The position numbers and the translations under genes were made by a program. Of a stretch of 64,000 nt of DNA, positions 18,283 to 27,725 are shown piece by piece. The notes below the pieces were generated by a model that saw nothing but the letters and a program-made list of their open reading frames with translations, ran no database searches and was not told the origin of the DNA. Source of the DNA: an uncultured Candidatus Saccharibacteria bacterium (GTDB taxonomy: Bacteria > Patescibacteriota > Dojkabacteria > SC72); the NCBI GenBank assembly GCA_964655705.1, contig CAZZPP010000004.1, positions 15,338 through 79,337 of the forward strand, read 5' to 3'. Numbering within the stretch: the stretch's first letter is position 1; each line of letters starts with the position of its first letter.

Positions 18283-19242
18283 CTACTTCTTCTTTAAAAT
18301 ATCCTTAAATATTTTGTCTGTTTTCTTTCTCTTACTCTCTTTAGATAGTTTCCATTTCTCATCTCTAAGTACCATATATGCTTCCTCTATCTTTTGTTTA
18401 GTTAACTTAATTAAGAAGTTCTTTCTCTCTAACTCTTTCTGTACCTGTTCTTCCCTCTTAAACATTTCATATATGCTATACAGAAATCCTACAAGTAGAA
18501 GTAAATAACTAATGAATTTTGCTAAAGTAGATAGGTTTAACATCAATTCATACTCAATATTTAAGTAAGGAAGAAAAAAGATTTGAGAAAGTATTGAAAA
18601 TACTAATGAGAATACAACCCAGAAATCAAAATTCCTGTAATACATACACTCATTTCTTGTATACCCCACTAACGTTCCTAAATACACCATCAACGCTATT
18701 GTTTGCATAGATATTGCAAACTGATATGATTCAAATCCTTCAAAAAAGGTAGTAAACGAAGTAATCGCTATTGTAAAGAAGGATATTGCCACCAGAAGAC
18801 CTAGAAAGGCAACCTTCTCTTTCCTCTCTCTTAACTTTTTCTCCTCTCTTAAAAATATCCAACTTAGAAGAAATATCCCAGAAAGGAATACCCTTGAGAG
18901 AACTATACTACTAGGAAACATCTGGGCATTGTCTAAGGCAAATAAATCAGAGAAATCTTCGAAAGAAAGCAATATATGAAAGCCATCAAGTATTGATACA
19001 GATATGAAACCTAAACCCAAAAAAAGATAGTTTAAATATGATTTCTTTGTATAGTACCGAACTATAGCGAGAATACCAATAAACATTGCAAATACGCTTG
19101 CAAAAAGATCAACAAGTAATTGAAAATCTCTCATCCACGAAAAATTACCAGAGATATATGCAAAAAGTAGAAAGAAGAATACAGAAAGCAGTATTACAAG
19201 TTCTTTTTCTCTTACCTGTTGTTTTGTAAATTTCTTTCTCAT
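18283..19242 (-). CDS. Polytopic membrane protein (about 8 TM) with C-terminal Lys/Glu-rich coiled-coil tail; sensor-like but no kinase domain
   Basis: 319 aa; hydrophobic helices through residue about 250, then KREEQVQKELERKNFLIKLTKQKIEEAY... Confidence 0.5.
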   Translation of the reverse strand: MRKKFTKQQVREKELVILLSVFFFLLFAYISGNFSWMRDFQLLVDLFASVFAMFIGILAIVRYYTKKSYLNYLFLGLGFISVSILDGFHILLSFEDFSDLFALDNAQMFPSSIVLSRVFLSGIFLLSWIFLREEKKLRERKEKVAFLGLLVAISFFTIAITSFTTFFEGFESYQFAISMQTIALMVYLGTLVGYTRNECMYYRNFDFWVVFSLVFSILSQIFFLPYLNIEYELMLNLSTLAKFISYLLLLVGFLYSIYEMFKREEQVQKELERKNFLIKLTKQKIEEAYMVLRDEKWKLSKESKRKKTDKIFKDILKKK

Positions 19243-19256
19243 TCTTAATAAATATA

Positions 19257-19799
19257 TTAATACATATACTTAGAAAATGAAATCTGTTCATTTCTCTCCG
19301 CATGGGGAGCACATACAGTTACTACTCCCTGGCCATCTTGAGATACATAGTAGCCTGTTCCGTTTACAGATACATAAAGTGGGTCACTAGGAATAATTAC
19401 TAATTGTTCTTGATTTTGTGATGTAAGAAATCCCATATTAACTAAATCTGTACAGTCATATGGTCCTGATTTACATATTTCATGAGTAAACTTAACACAG
19501 ATGTCGGAATTAGGTATATCAGAGGGAACACTTTCATTTGCACTAACATATGAACTAATATATGTAAGTATGGTAGATATATCTGCAGATCTTTTTAAAT
19601 TACGAGCTTGAGCAGCCTCTTTACTTGGATTAATTGCTAAAAGGGCTAAAAAGACTACTATACCTACTGCAGAGAGGATTAACATAATTTCAGTTATTTT
19701 TAACCTATTCTTATCTTCTCTTTTCTTTTTTTTAGATAAGGGTACTAGGTTAATTGTATCAGCACATAGATCAGATTCTCCCATATATACATAATACAT
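19257..19799 (-). CDS. Pilin paralog with degenerate prepilin signal (Arg instead of Gly at -1) and N-terminal extension
   Basis: Residues 33-75 RLKITEIMLILSAVGIVVFLALLAINPSKEAAQARNLKRSADI parallel the pilA product (FSLIEILVVVALIVILATITIVAINPAKNFRDTRNAQRSADI); C-terminal LVIIPSDP...VCAPHAERN also parallels pilA; A8 homopolymer tract in the 5' region. Confidence 0.6.
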   Translation of the reverse strand: MYYVYMGESDLCADTINLVPLSKKKKREDKNRLKITEIMLILSAVGIVVFLALLAINPSKEAAQARNLKRSADISTILTYISSYVSANESVPSDIPNSDICVKFTHEICKSGPYDCTDLVNMGFLTSQNQEQLVIIPSDPLYVSVNGTGYYVSQDGQGVVTVCAPHAERNEQISFSKYMY

Positions 19800-20084
19800 A
19801 AAATTTGATTAGTTTTGTATACTTAATAAGCATATACCTATAGCGTGATAATCAGAATACAATAGTAATCAGTGGGCTTAAAACGTTGCTAATACGATGG
19901 TTTGAGAGTTTTCCACATAGGCCTCGCAAAATGTGAGTAAAATACCCTGAATAATTGCTAGAATAAAAGAAGATGAATTCTTCTTAGATCAGAACCGATA
20001 CCTCTGGAACCTAATTAAGCGAAAAGATAGAGTAGAGCAAATTTGATATAATTTATTTAGATTAATTATGTAATATTTTAATTG

Positions 20085-20786
20085 ATGATGGACCTAAATC
20101 TTCTAAAACACGAACCCCAAGACAGGATCGAAAGCTCTTTTTCTATCTCAGAATATGATCACAAGAATATCTCAAAAGATCCCGCTTTGATTCTAAACAA
20201 TGCAAAAATTTGGGAAGATGACTGGAAATGTTATGCTCGGGATACAATAATTAAAGCTGTTGAAAATGAATTGGATCAGAGTGGTCTTTCTAGTAATGAA
20301 CAAATAAAAGCGTTAGTGGAAATGGGAGTAAAGATTGAAAAATTTAAAAGCTCTCCCCCTACCAAATCAATTAATATGTCTAATCGATTAAATAATTATC
20401 AAGAAAATGTTTACTCAATTGAGTCTAGATTAAAAAACGCCAAGATTGAATTATATAACAAACTTTTTCCAGATATTGTTAAAAAACAAAGGGTTGAAGT
20501 TCTTAAAAAATGGTTTAATCCTGATAGTGATAGAAAAGATGGAGAGTTTTATTGGGGCAGATTTACTATACAGGCAATTGAAGATTCAATAGATTTGAGA
20601 ATTCCATCAGAGGAAACAGTAAAAATGATTACTGATAAAATTCAATCTCTTTTTCCAGCAGGTATTAGTGCAAGGGTTTGTACTCAAATACCTGGATATG
20701 AAACAAATACTGAACAAAGAAACTGGAATAGTTATTCTAAACAAGAAAGAACCTTTCCAGTATTTATTTCTTATATTTTCGAATAG
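20085..20786 (+). CDS. Hypothetical soluble protein, no recognisable motif
   Basis: 233 aa ORF ending 30 nt before a tRNA-Ser gene; first ATG at 20085. Confidence 0.45.
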   Translation: MMDLNLLKHEPQDRIESSFSISEYDHKNISKDPALILNNAKIWEDDWKCYARDTIIKAVENELDQSGLSSNEQIKALVEMGVKIEKFKSSPPTKSINMSNRLNNYQENVYSIESRLKNAKIELYNKLFPDIVKKQRVEVLKKWFNPDSDRKDGEFYWGRFTIQAIEDSIDLRIPSEETVKMITDKIQSLFPAGISARVCTQIPGYETNTEQRNWNSYSKQERTFPVFISYIFE

Positions 20787-20816
20787 TACACAAATCTTGT
20801 TGGAACATGTAAAAAA

Positions 20817-20910
20817 TGGCGGAGAGGGTGGGATTCGAACCCACGATTCAGGAATACTCCCGAACAACACATTTCGAGTGTGCCCTATTCAACCACTCTA
20901 GCACCTCTCC
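20817..20910 (-). tRNA. tRNA-Ser (anticodon CGA), type II, CCA encoded
   Basis: Reverse strand GGAGAGGTGCTAGAGTGGTTGAATAGGGCACACTCGAAATGTGT...CGTGGGTTCGAATCCCACCCTCTCCGCCA; anticodon loop CTCGAAA. Confidence 0.8.
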
Positions 20911-20947
20911 ATTAATATATTTCTGGGAAATTATACATCAATATCTA

Positions 20948-21637
20948 TTAAATCTCTTCAAAAGGGATATATATACCATATGCAAGAGAATCTATCTTAC
21001 TCTGTTTCCTAATATCTTTATACAATATTTTATCTTGTAATAATACGAATATTGCATCCTTATCTGCACCATCTAAAAGTAATATTAAAGCCTTAGGAAG
21101 TCTTAACCTAGTTTCAACTATTAACATATACTGTCCGTTCTTAATTGAAAACCAGAAGTTATCAAACATATACCACTCATACAATTTATTACCAGTATCA
21201 ATTCCCCTACTAGTAATCTTATGTTTAACCTTTATGGGTTTATTTGTCCCTGCAACATATACAAAAAATGTTATTGCAATTACTGCAGCCATGAAGTAAT
21301 ACTCTCCTAGCAAGGCTAGATACAATATGAAGAGAAGAACAAGTACTAAAATTACCCAAAATGATTTAGACTGAATATCAAACATATACCTATCTAAGGT
21401 TTCCCATTCAAAAAGTTTAACATTTTGTACTACCTTTTTAGTTGGAATATCACCCTCTTCTAATACAATATCCTTTTGAGCTATCCTTCTCCTCTTCTCT
21501 GCCTTCTGTTTCTCTTTAGCCTCTTGTTTAAGTTTTTCGATTTTTTCATTTTTCTCCCTTAATTGCATCTCTCCTGAGAGGATATCTAATATATCTGTAA
21601 ACTCACTACCTATTCTTTTCTTCAAAGGTTTTTCCAT
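20948..21637 (-). CDS. Membrane protein with N-terminal Lys/Glu-rich coiled coil and two TM helices; unknown function
   Basis: Start placed at first ATG (MEKPLKKRIG...), avoiding overlap with the upstream gene. Confidence 0.45.
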   Translation of the reverse strand: MEKPLKKRIGSEFTDILDILSGEMQLREKNEKIEKLKQEAKEKQKAEKRRRIAQKDIVLEEGDIPTKKVVQNVKLFEWETLDRYMFDIQSKSFWVILVLVLLFILYLALLGEYYFMAAVIAITFFVYVAGTNKPIKVKHKITSRGIDTGNKLYEWYMFDNFWFSIKNGQYMLIVETRLRLPKALILLLDGADKDAIFVLLQDKILYKDIRKQSKIDSLAYGIYIPFEEI

Positions 21638-21648
21638 ATGTATTGATA

Positions 21649-22047
21649 TCATATAACAAAGGAGGCAAGTATAACAACCATTAATATACCTAACCCCCAA
21701 TATATATTAAGTATATGGAAGAAATTAAGTAATACTACTAAGAATATACCTAAACTAAAAAATATCCCCCATTTTATACAAATTATCTTTAACTCCCTAC
21801 ACTCTTCCTTTTTCAATATTACACGAAGTAAGAAATACGAGATTAAAGAAGAAAGTGAAGAAATGGAAAGAAAGAGAAGTATACCTAATGTAAATATGTT
21901 TAACCATATATACTCTCCACTCTCATATATAGGTGTAAAGCTCTTTAAAGAGAATAAGTATAACAAAATGGAAACAGTAAATAGAAAAAGAAAGAGAAGT
22001 ATAGAAACAAATTTAAGATTTTTCAAACTATAAGTTTTTGAATCCAT
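21649..22047 (-). CDS. Small polytopic membrane protein, unknown function
   Basis: 132 aa, 4 hydrophobic helices. Confidence 0.45.
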   Translation of the reverse strand: MDSKTYSLKNLKFVSILLFLFLFTVSILLYLFSLKSFTPIYESGEYIWLNIFTLGILLFLSISSLSSLISYFLLRVILKKEECRELKIICIKWGIFFSLGIFLVVLLNFFHILNIYWGLGILMVVILASFVI

Positions 22048-22091
22048 TCTATTTAGTAATATTCTTTAAAATTAATTTTATACATTCATCT

Positions 22092-22769
22092 ATGAATATC
22101 TTAATTATAGAGAAATCTAAGACTATTTCCCATATCCTGAAAAGTACCTTACTTGCATATGGATATAATGTTACTCAGGATAGTGCTGATTTTGGTAGTG
22201 AGAGTCTTGTTTCCAGAGATCTTTTTGAAATAATAATATTAGATACTAATCTTACTGGTAAACATTGCACATTGGATATATTGGGAGTAGTTAAGGGTAA
22301 AAAGATTCTAAAAAGTAAAGTGTTGGGTATCTGTAGTATAGGTACATGGAAGGATAAAGTAAACTTTTTAAATAATGGTGGTGATGATGTACTTTCTTAC
22401 CCATTCCCTGTTCAAGAATTAATAGCTAGAATACAATCTCTTCTAAGAAGACCTATGAACTATGTAGATAATAGAATGTATATTGGAGATATATTACTTG
22501 ATACTAATAGTAAGACTGTTTCTGTTAAAAATAGTGATATTGATTTAAGGAAGAAAGAGTATCAACTATTTGAATACCTTGTTAGAAATAGAAATAGAAC
22601 TATAAGTAGGTGTGAACTTTTAGACCATGTTTGGGATTACAGGAGCTATACAGGTTCCAATACAATAGATGTACACATCAAGAGATTAAGAGAGAAATTA
22701 CCTAAGAAAGGTCTGATAGAGACAGTACATGGCAGAGGATATAGAGTTAAAGACTCTAAAGCATCATAG
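22092..22769 (+). CDS. OmpR/PhoB-family winged-helix response regulator with atypical receiver domain (orphan)
   Basis: C-terminal RLREKLPKKGLIETVHGRGYRV wing motif; receiver keeps phospho-acceptor Asp (IILDTN) but lacks the acidic DD pair (IIEKSK) and conserved Lys; first ATG at 22092. Confidence 0.7.
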   Translation: MNILIIEKSKTISHILKSTLLAYGYNVTQDSADFGSESLVSRDLFEIIILDTNLTGKHCTLDILGVVKGKKILKSKVLGICSIGTWKDKVNFLNNGGDDVLSYPFPVQELIARIQSLLRRPMNYVDNRMYIGDILLDTNSKTVSVKNSDIDLRKKEYQLFEYLVRNRNRTISRCELLDHVWDYRSYTGSNTIDVHIKRLREKLPKKGLIETVHGRGYRVKDSKAS

Positions 22770-23877
22770 GCATAACAAGATGAACAAAGTCTGGATCTTG
22801 AACTATCTTAAATACTCCTGGTTTTACTGTTTCTGAACATTCAAAAGATATTTCTTCAGAATCAATATGATTGAGTATATCTGTAAGAAGTCTAGAACTA
22901 AAAGCAATCTTAAGATTATCTCCATCTATATTACCTTCAAAGGTACTCTTGTTACTTCCTAAATCCGTCTGTGTAGCAGAGAGTATAATTTTATTACTCT
23001 TACTATCAATATCCAGAATCAACTTATTTCCTAATACACTCTTTGCAATAATATTGGTTACCTTCAAAGAATTAAGAAAATCTGTTTTAGATACCTTACA
23101 CATAGTTTTGTACCCAGTAGGAATTATCTGTCTATACTCAGGAAACTGTCCATCAATCAATCTAGAAACTAAATCAACATCACTGTATCTAAAAAGGACC
23201 TGATTCTTGTCCTCTATCAAATATACCTCAATATCTTCATCTTCACCTACCTCTGTAACAATATGTGAAAGTTCTAATAGCGCTTTAACAGGTATTAAAA
23301 TATTTATATCCTTTTCAGCACTTGCCTGTAATTTAATAATCTGTCTAGATAGCCTTAATCCATCTGTACCTACAAATGAAATATCTTCCCCATTTACTTC
23401 TAAAAGAACACCTGTTAATACTGGCTTAATATCATCTGTAGCACTTGCAAATGCAACCCTATTTACTGCCTTTACTAGATTCTCTTTAGATATCTTCAAC
23501 AAAGGTTTTTTGTCTGTAACTAAAGCTACAGAAGGGAACTCCTCTGCAGACATAGTATTAAAATTTGCAGAGTTATTTTTAGTAGATATATTAAATGTCT
23601 GATTCTCTAAAGTAGCATCTACTGTATCAGTAGGAATGGATGTAACAAACTCTGTTAACTGTTTAGCAGGTACAGTAGTTTTACCCTCTGATTTAACATC
23701 TGCCCCTATCCATGTATTAATACCTATTTCTAGATCAGTAGCAGTCATTATTAATTTACCCTTACTTGTTTCAAATTGGACATTATTGAGTATAGGTAAA
23801 CCTGGTTTACTACTTACTACCCTACTAATTATATTTAGATACTTTGCCAATGTATCTTGGTTACATGAGAATTGCAT
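22756..23877 (-). CDS. dnaN: DNA polymerase III beta sliding clamp
   Basis: 373 aa; three-domain clamp pattern; N-terminus MQFSCNQDTLAKYLNIISRVVS; immediately downstream of dnaA. Confidence 0.9.
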   Translation of the reverse strand: MQFSCNQDTLAKYLNIISRVVSSKPGLPILNNVQFETSKGKLIMTATDLEIGINTWIGADVKSEGKTTVPAKQLTEFVTSIPTDTVDATLENQTFNISTKNNSANFNTMSAEEFPSVALVTDKKPLLKISKENLVKAVNRVAFASATDDIKPVLTGVLLEVNGEDISFVGTDGLRLSRQIIKLQASAEKDINILIPVKALLELSHIVTEVGEDEDIEVYLIEDKNQVLFRYSDVDLVSRLIDGQFPEYRQIIPTGYKTMCKVSKTDFLNSLKVTNIIAKSVLGNKLILDIDSKSNKIILSATQTDLGSNKSTFEGNIDGDNLKIAFSSRLLTDILNHIDSEEISFECSETVKPGVFKIVQDPDFVHLVMPMML

Positions 23878-24288
23878 TGTCTTTTTAAAATAATATTATG
23901 TACTTTGGCAGTATACCTATATTCTACTTAATATTGGATTTCTTTTCTACTGTTTTAATATTTAAATATATATAGTTGTCATAGTAGTAGAGAGTATGGA
24001 TAAGTCAGTAACTTTTTAAAGACATCTCTATTTCAATCTCTTTCTAGATTATTTACCTGTTAATAACTGTGTGAGATATTTTGGGTTAAAATTGTATTAA
24101 TAATATTTTAATTAAAGAGTATCTATTAATTATCTAGTAATGTGTAAAATTTTTAATTAAATGTGGAGTGATGTGTATATACCCTACTGGGTAAACGTTG
24201 ATGTAGAGAGACGGTCTCTCTATGGCAACCTTTTTACATGTGTATTAATGAACAAGTTATTAGATATTACTCCACAATGATATCCACA
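23878..24288. other. dnaA-dnaN intergenic region: candidate oriC segment with AT-rich unwinding stretch, DnaA-box-like 9-mers and an 8-bp-arm palindrome
   Basis: Runs of AT-only sequence (24080-24170), box-like TGTGGAGTG and ATATCCACA (24280), palindrome TAGAGAGACGGTCTCTCTA at about 24204-24222. Confidence 0.4.
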
Positions 24289-25761
24289 TTAGTAGAAGAG
24301 TTGTCCCCTACACTTCTCTACTCTCTCAGCTAATGTACTATCATTTTTAATTTTCTCAGGAATAACCTCACAGGCATACATTACTGTAGTATGATCTTTC
24401 TTGCCTAAAATATCAGCAATAGTAAGTAATGAAAGTTCTAGTTCAGTCCTTAATATATACATAGCTATCTGCCTCGCTAGTGCTATCTCATTAGTTCTTC
24501 TAGATCCCTTCATCACCTTTACAGGGACATCAAAAACATCAGAAACAATATCTAAAACTTTCTGAGGAGATACCCTCTTTCTTTTACTCTCAATATCTAC
24601 CTGTAATATTCTTGCTACCTCCTCATATGAAGGAACCTGACCTAATTTTGTTAATGTAATTACTTTGTTTAAAGCTCCTTCCAATTCTCTTACACTACTT
24701 TCAATATTTTTAGCAATTAAATCAAGGAATGCATCTGGAATGGTAATATTTTTTTCTAACATAATCTGTTTTAATATTGCAGACCTAGTTTCATAGTCAG
24801 GAGGAGTAATATCACAAACCATACCACCCTCAAATCTAGTTCTAAGTCTATCTGTAATATTCTTAATATCTCTTGGAGCCCTATCTGAAGCCAATATTAT
24901 CTGTTTATTCGCTTGATACAAAGTATTAAAGGTATGGAAGAGTTCTTCCTGAGTTTTAGGATAGGTCTCTACAAATTGTATATCATCAATAATTAAGAGA
25001 TCTACCTCTCTATACTTACTCCTAAAATCCTCATTCTTTCTTGTTCTAATAGCCTCAATCATCTCATTAAGAAACTGCTCAATAGATACATATACAACCT
25101 TTCTACTAGGATTAATTCTTAATACCTCATTACCAATTGCTTGCATGAGGTGAGTTTTACCTACACCAGTACTACCATAGTAAAATACAGGGTTGTAAGA
25201 CTTAGTCATATGATCATTCTCAATATCAGAAACTACAGATTGTCCTACAGCCTCTGCTAATCGGTTATTAGCTCCTACAACAAAATTCTTAAATGTATAT
25301 CTAGGATTTAAGCTCGCTTTCTTAACAGCCTCTTCATATTTCTTTTTGTCTCCTTCCATTTTAGTAAAGAGGTCTACAACGGGGTTACCTGTATTACTAA
25401 CAAACTTGTATCTCTCTTTAGGTTTTTTAGATATACCTGATTTAACAACAATTTCAATTTGTAAATTTTGACCAGTTGCTTTCTTAAGACAACTCTGGAG
25501 AAACTTACTGTAATCTTTCAATATTGTTTCTCTCTTAAAATCATTAGAACAGGATATTGTAGCTACTCCATTTTGTACTCTCTCTAAATAGCTATCTGCA
25601 AACCAAGAATCATACTCCACCCTATCAAGAACCATTCTTAAATTCTCTATTACAATCTTCCATATATCTTCTAGATCCATTTCCTCAGTACTACTCTCTA
25701 TGTTAGATATGGTTGGCTTAGTAAGGGTATCAGTATATTGTTCAAAGTCAATTTTATCCAT
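24289..25761 (-). CDS. dnaA: Chromosomal replication initiator DnaA
   Basis: 490 aa; AAA+ Walker A GSTGVGKTHLMQAIGNE, sensor motifs, C-terminal DnaA-box-binding domain (LSLLTIADILGKKDHTTVMYA). Confidence 0.95.
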   Translation of the reverse strand: MDKIDFEQYTDTLTKPTISNIESSTEEMDLEDIWKIVIENLRMVLDRVEYDSWFADSYLERVQNGVATISCSNDFKRETILKDYSKFLQSCLKKATGQNLQIEIVVKSGISKKPKERYKFVSNTGNPVVDLFTKMEGDKKKYEEAVKKASLNPRYTFKNFVVGANNRLAEAVGQSVVSDIENDHMTKSYNPVFYYGSTGVGKTHLMQAIGNEVLRINPSRKVVYVSIEQFLNEMIEAIRTRKNEDFRSKYREVDLLIIDDIQFVETYPKTQEELFHTFNTLYQANKQIILASDRAPRDIKNITDRLRTRFEGGMVCDITPPDYETRSAILKQIMLEKNITIPDAFLDLIAKNIESSVRELEGALNKVITLTKLGQVPSYEEVARILQVDIESKRKRVSPQKVLDIVSDVFDVPVKVMKGSRRTNEIALARQIAMYILRTELELSLLTIADILGKKDHTTVMYACEVIPEKIKNDSTLAERVEKCRGQLFY

Positions 25762-25856
25762 ACTTTATTAAGTATCTAGTTATTAATTAATATTACTTGG
25801 GGGCAGTCAATGGTCGATTGGGACTAATACTCCTATTATATGAATTTCTGTAAAAA

Positions 25857-25865
25857 TGTGGATAA
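25857..25865. promoter_or_regulatory. Consensus DnaA box (TGTGGATAA = TTATCCACA) in the dnaA-rpmH intergenic region
   Basis: Perfect 9-mer seen at 25857-25865, about 95 nt upstream of dnaA start; a TTGCCA-17-TATAAT promoter for rpmH lies at about 25995-26023. Confidence 0.5.
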
Positions 25866-26039
25866 GATTTGTAGAAAGTGTTTAAAGAGTAGATATTAAG
25901 AGACTTTTTTTTCTTCTCTTCTGTGTCTATTCCTCGTAGAGGATATGGGAAGAAAAATTCATTTCCTACTTACTACCATTTATTTGCCATAAGGGAACAA
26001 GTTAGATATAATAGGTCTGCTTTTATATAGATTAAAAAT

Positions 26040-26222
26040 ATGAAAAGAACATATCAACCTAAAAATTTAAAAAGATTAAGAAAGTTTGGATTCAGAGCAA
26101 GGAATAAAAATGGAAGTGGTAAACGAGTATTAAAAAGAAGAAGAACCAAAGGAAGAAAATTTCTAACAGTAAGTAATGAGTACAAATTAAAAAGAAAAAG
26201 ACCGCTAGATAGAGCCAGATAG
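26040..26222 (+). CDS. rpmH: 50S ribosomal protein L34 with about 15-aa C-terminal basic extension
   Basis: [45 protein letters not shown] then extension [15 protein letters not shown]. Confidence 0.85.
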   Translation: MKRTYQPKNLKRLRKFGFRARNKNGSGKRVLKRRRTKGRKFLTVSNEYKLKRKRPLDRAR

Positions 26223-26235
26223 TGTATACTTAAAT

Positions 26236-26586
26236 ATGCTTCCCAGAAAGAACAGATTAACTAAGAGCCAATTCCAAAATTTTGGTAAACAATCTCAAAA
26301 ATACCGAGGAGAATACGGAATGTTAATACTTGATACACACTCTGATAACAATACTCGTTTTGGTTTCATTGTAAGTAAAAAGATTGGTAATGCAGTGCAT
26401 AGGCATAGAATGACAAGAGTATTAAGAGAGATATTAAGAAAATATATTTTAAACATTTCTAATGTAAAAGGGATATATATAGCGTATAAATATTGTGATA
26501 ACTATGAAGAGTTGGAAAAAGAAATTGATTTACATTTTAAAAATGCCTCTAGAGATTTTAAAATGGATAGAGTTAAAAATAATTAG
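26236..26586 (+). CDS. rnpA: RNase P protein component
   Basis: FGFIVSKKIGNAVHRHRMTRVLRE: RnpA RNR motif. Confidence 0.85.
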   Translation: MLPRKNRLTKSQFQNFGKQSQKYRGEYGMLILDTHSDNNTRFGFIVSKKIGNAVHRHRMTRVLREILRKYILNISNVKGIYIAYKYCDNYEELEKEIDLHFKNASRDFKMDRVKNN

Positions 26587-26803
26587 GATATATCAGAATA
26601 CCCTTTCATTGGATCACGGTTTAATGGGAAAGATATACCCTAATTTAAGAGCTTGTAAGTTTACTCCTACCTGCTCTGAGTATGGATATGGAGTAATAGA
26701 AAAGTTTGGAATATTTAAAGGTAACTATTTAGCCCTTAAAAGATTTTTAAGATGTAACCCTTGGACTCAAGCAGGACAGTATGACCCTATTCCTGAAAAA
26801 TAG
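26543..26803 (+). CDS. yidD: Membrane protein insertion efficiency factor YidD
   Basis: IRIYQNTLSLDHGL...CKFTPTCSEYGYGVIEKFGIFKGNYLALKRFLRCNPW matches the YidD signature; ATG at 26543 preferred over ORF-track 26495; overlaps rnpA 3' end. Confidence 0.75.
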   Translation: MPLEILKWIELKIIRIYQNTLSLDHGLMGKIYPNLRACKFTPTCSEYGYGVIEKFGIFKGNYLALKRFLRCNPWTQAGQYDPIPEK

Positions 26804-26853
26804 ATAAGGATAGTGTATAATGCTTTAGATTTTTAATATTTCTCTTTAATAAT

Positions 26854-27708
26854 ATGTTTGCAACAATTTGGAATACACTGTTTTTTAATCCATTGCTAAA
26901 TCTCTTGATTCTTTTCTATGATCTTTTTGGAAATAGTTTAGGCTTAGCCATATTGGGTATTGCCGTTATAGGGAGAGTTGTAATGATTCCATTGGTTAAA
27001 AAACAAACTAATATGACTAAGAAAATGTCATCTCTTAAACCAGAATTAGACAAGTTACAGAAGAAATATGCAAATAACAAAGAGAAACTTTCACAAGAGC
27101 AAATAAAACTATATAAAAAAGTTGGGTATAACCCACTTGGATGTATAGGTACTTTCATACCTCAACTAATTATACTCTCCGCCCTTATTGGTGTAATCAG
27201 AAAGGTAACAGAGAGTGGTCTAGACGGTCTTACTTTGTACCAATGGGTAGAGAATTTAACTGGGCTTTCTCAGGCAACTAGTATTACTAAAGACTTCCTT
27301 TTTTGGGATTTAACTAAGTCATATAGTGAGGTGTCAAATGCTACTAGCAAGTTTGCGGTAGAAGCACTTCCCTATCTAGGTCTTTCAGTTCTAGTTGGTA
27401 TTATTCAGTATTTCACTACGCTCTTTACTCAGAAAATGCAGGATGTAAACAAACCTAAAGAGGTTAGCAAAGAGAAGAAAAAGTCAGAGAAGGAGCCTTT
27501 AGAATCAATGCAAGCAGGTATGCAGAAATCAACAATGCTACTCTTACCTTTAATGACTATGATATTTACCCTTCGTTATCCTGCTGCTTTAGGTTGGTAT
27601 TGGATGCTCCAGTCTCTGTTGTTAGTAGTTCAATATATTACTTTTGATTTTAACAAGACTAAAAAGGGTGTCCAAAACCTTTTAGATGTTCTTCATAAAA
27701 AGAAATAA
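26854..27708 (+). CDS. yidC: YidC/Oxa1-family membrane protein insertase (short form)
   Basis: 284 aa; conserved first TM region LGLAILGIAVIGRVVMIPL and C-terminal TM bundle. Confidence 0.85.
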   Translation: MFATIWNTLFFNPLLNLLILFYDLFGNSLGLAILGIAVIGRVVMIPLVKKQTNMTKKMSSLKPELDKLQKKYANNKEKLSQEQIKLYKKVGYNPLGCIGTFIPQLIILSALIGVIRKVTESGLDGLTLYQWVENLTGLSQATSITKDFLFWDLTKSYSEVSNATSKFAVEALPYLGLSVLVGIIQYFTTLFTQKMQDVNKPKEVSKEKKKSEKEPLESMQAGMQKSTMLLLPLMTMIFTLRYPAALGWYWMLQSLLLVVQYITFDFNKTKKGVQNLLDVLHKKK

Positions 27709-27725
27709 TTTAAACATATATTAAT

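Noticed and set aside
20816-21040. 74-aa ORF MAERVGFEPTIQEY...
   Set aside because: It is the translation of the tRNA-Ser(CGA) gene region; not a protein gene
22871-23893. Three plus-strand ORFs (110, 131, 85 aa)
   Set aside because: Antisense to dnaN; Ser/Leu-rich translations typical of shadow ORFs
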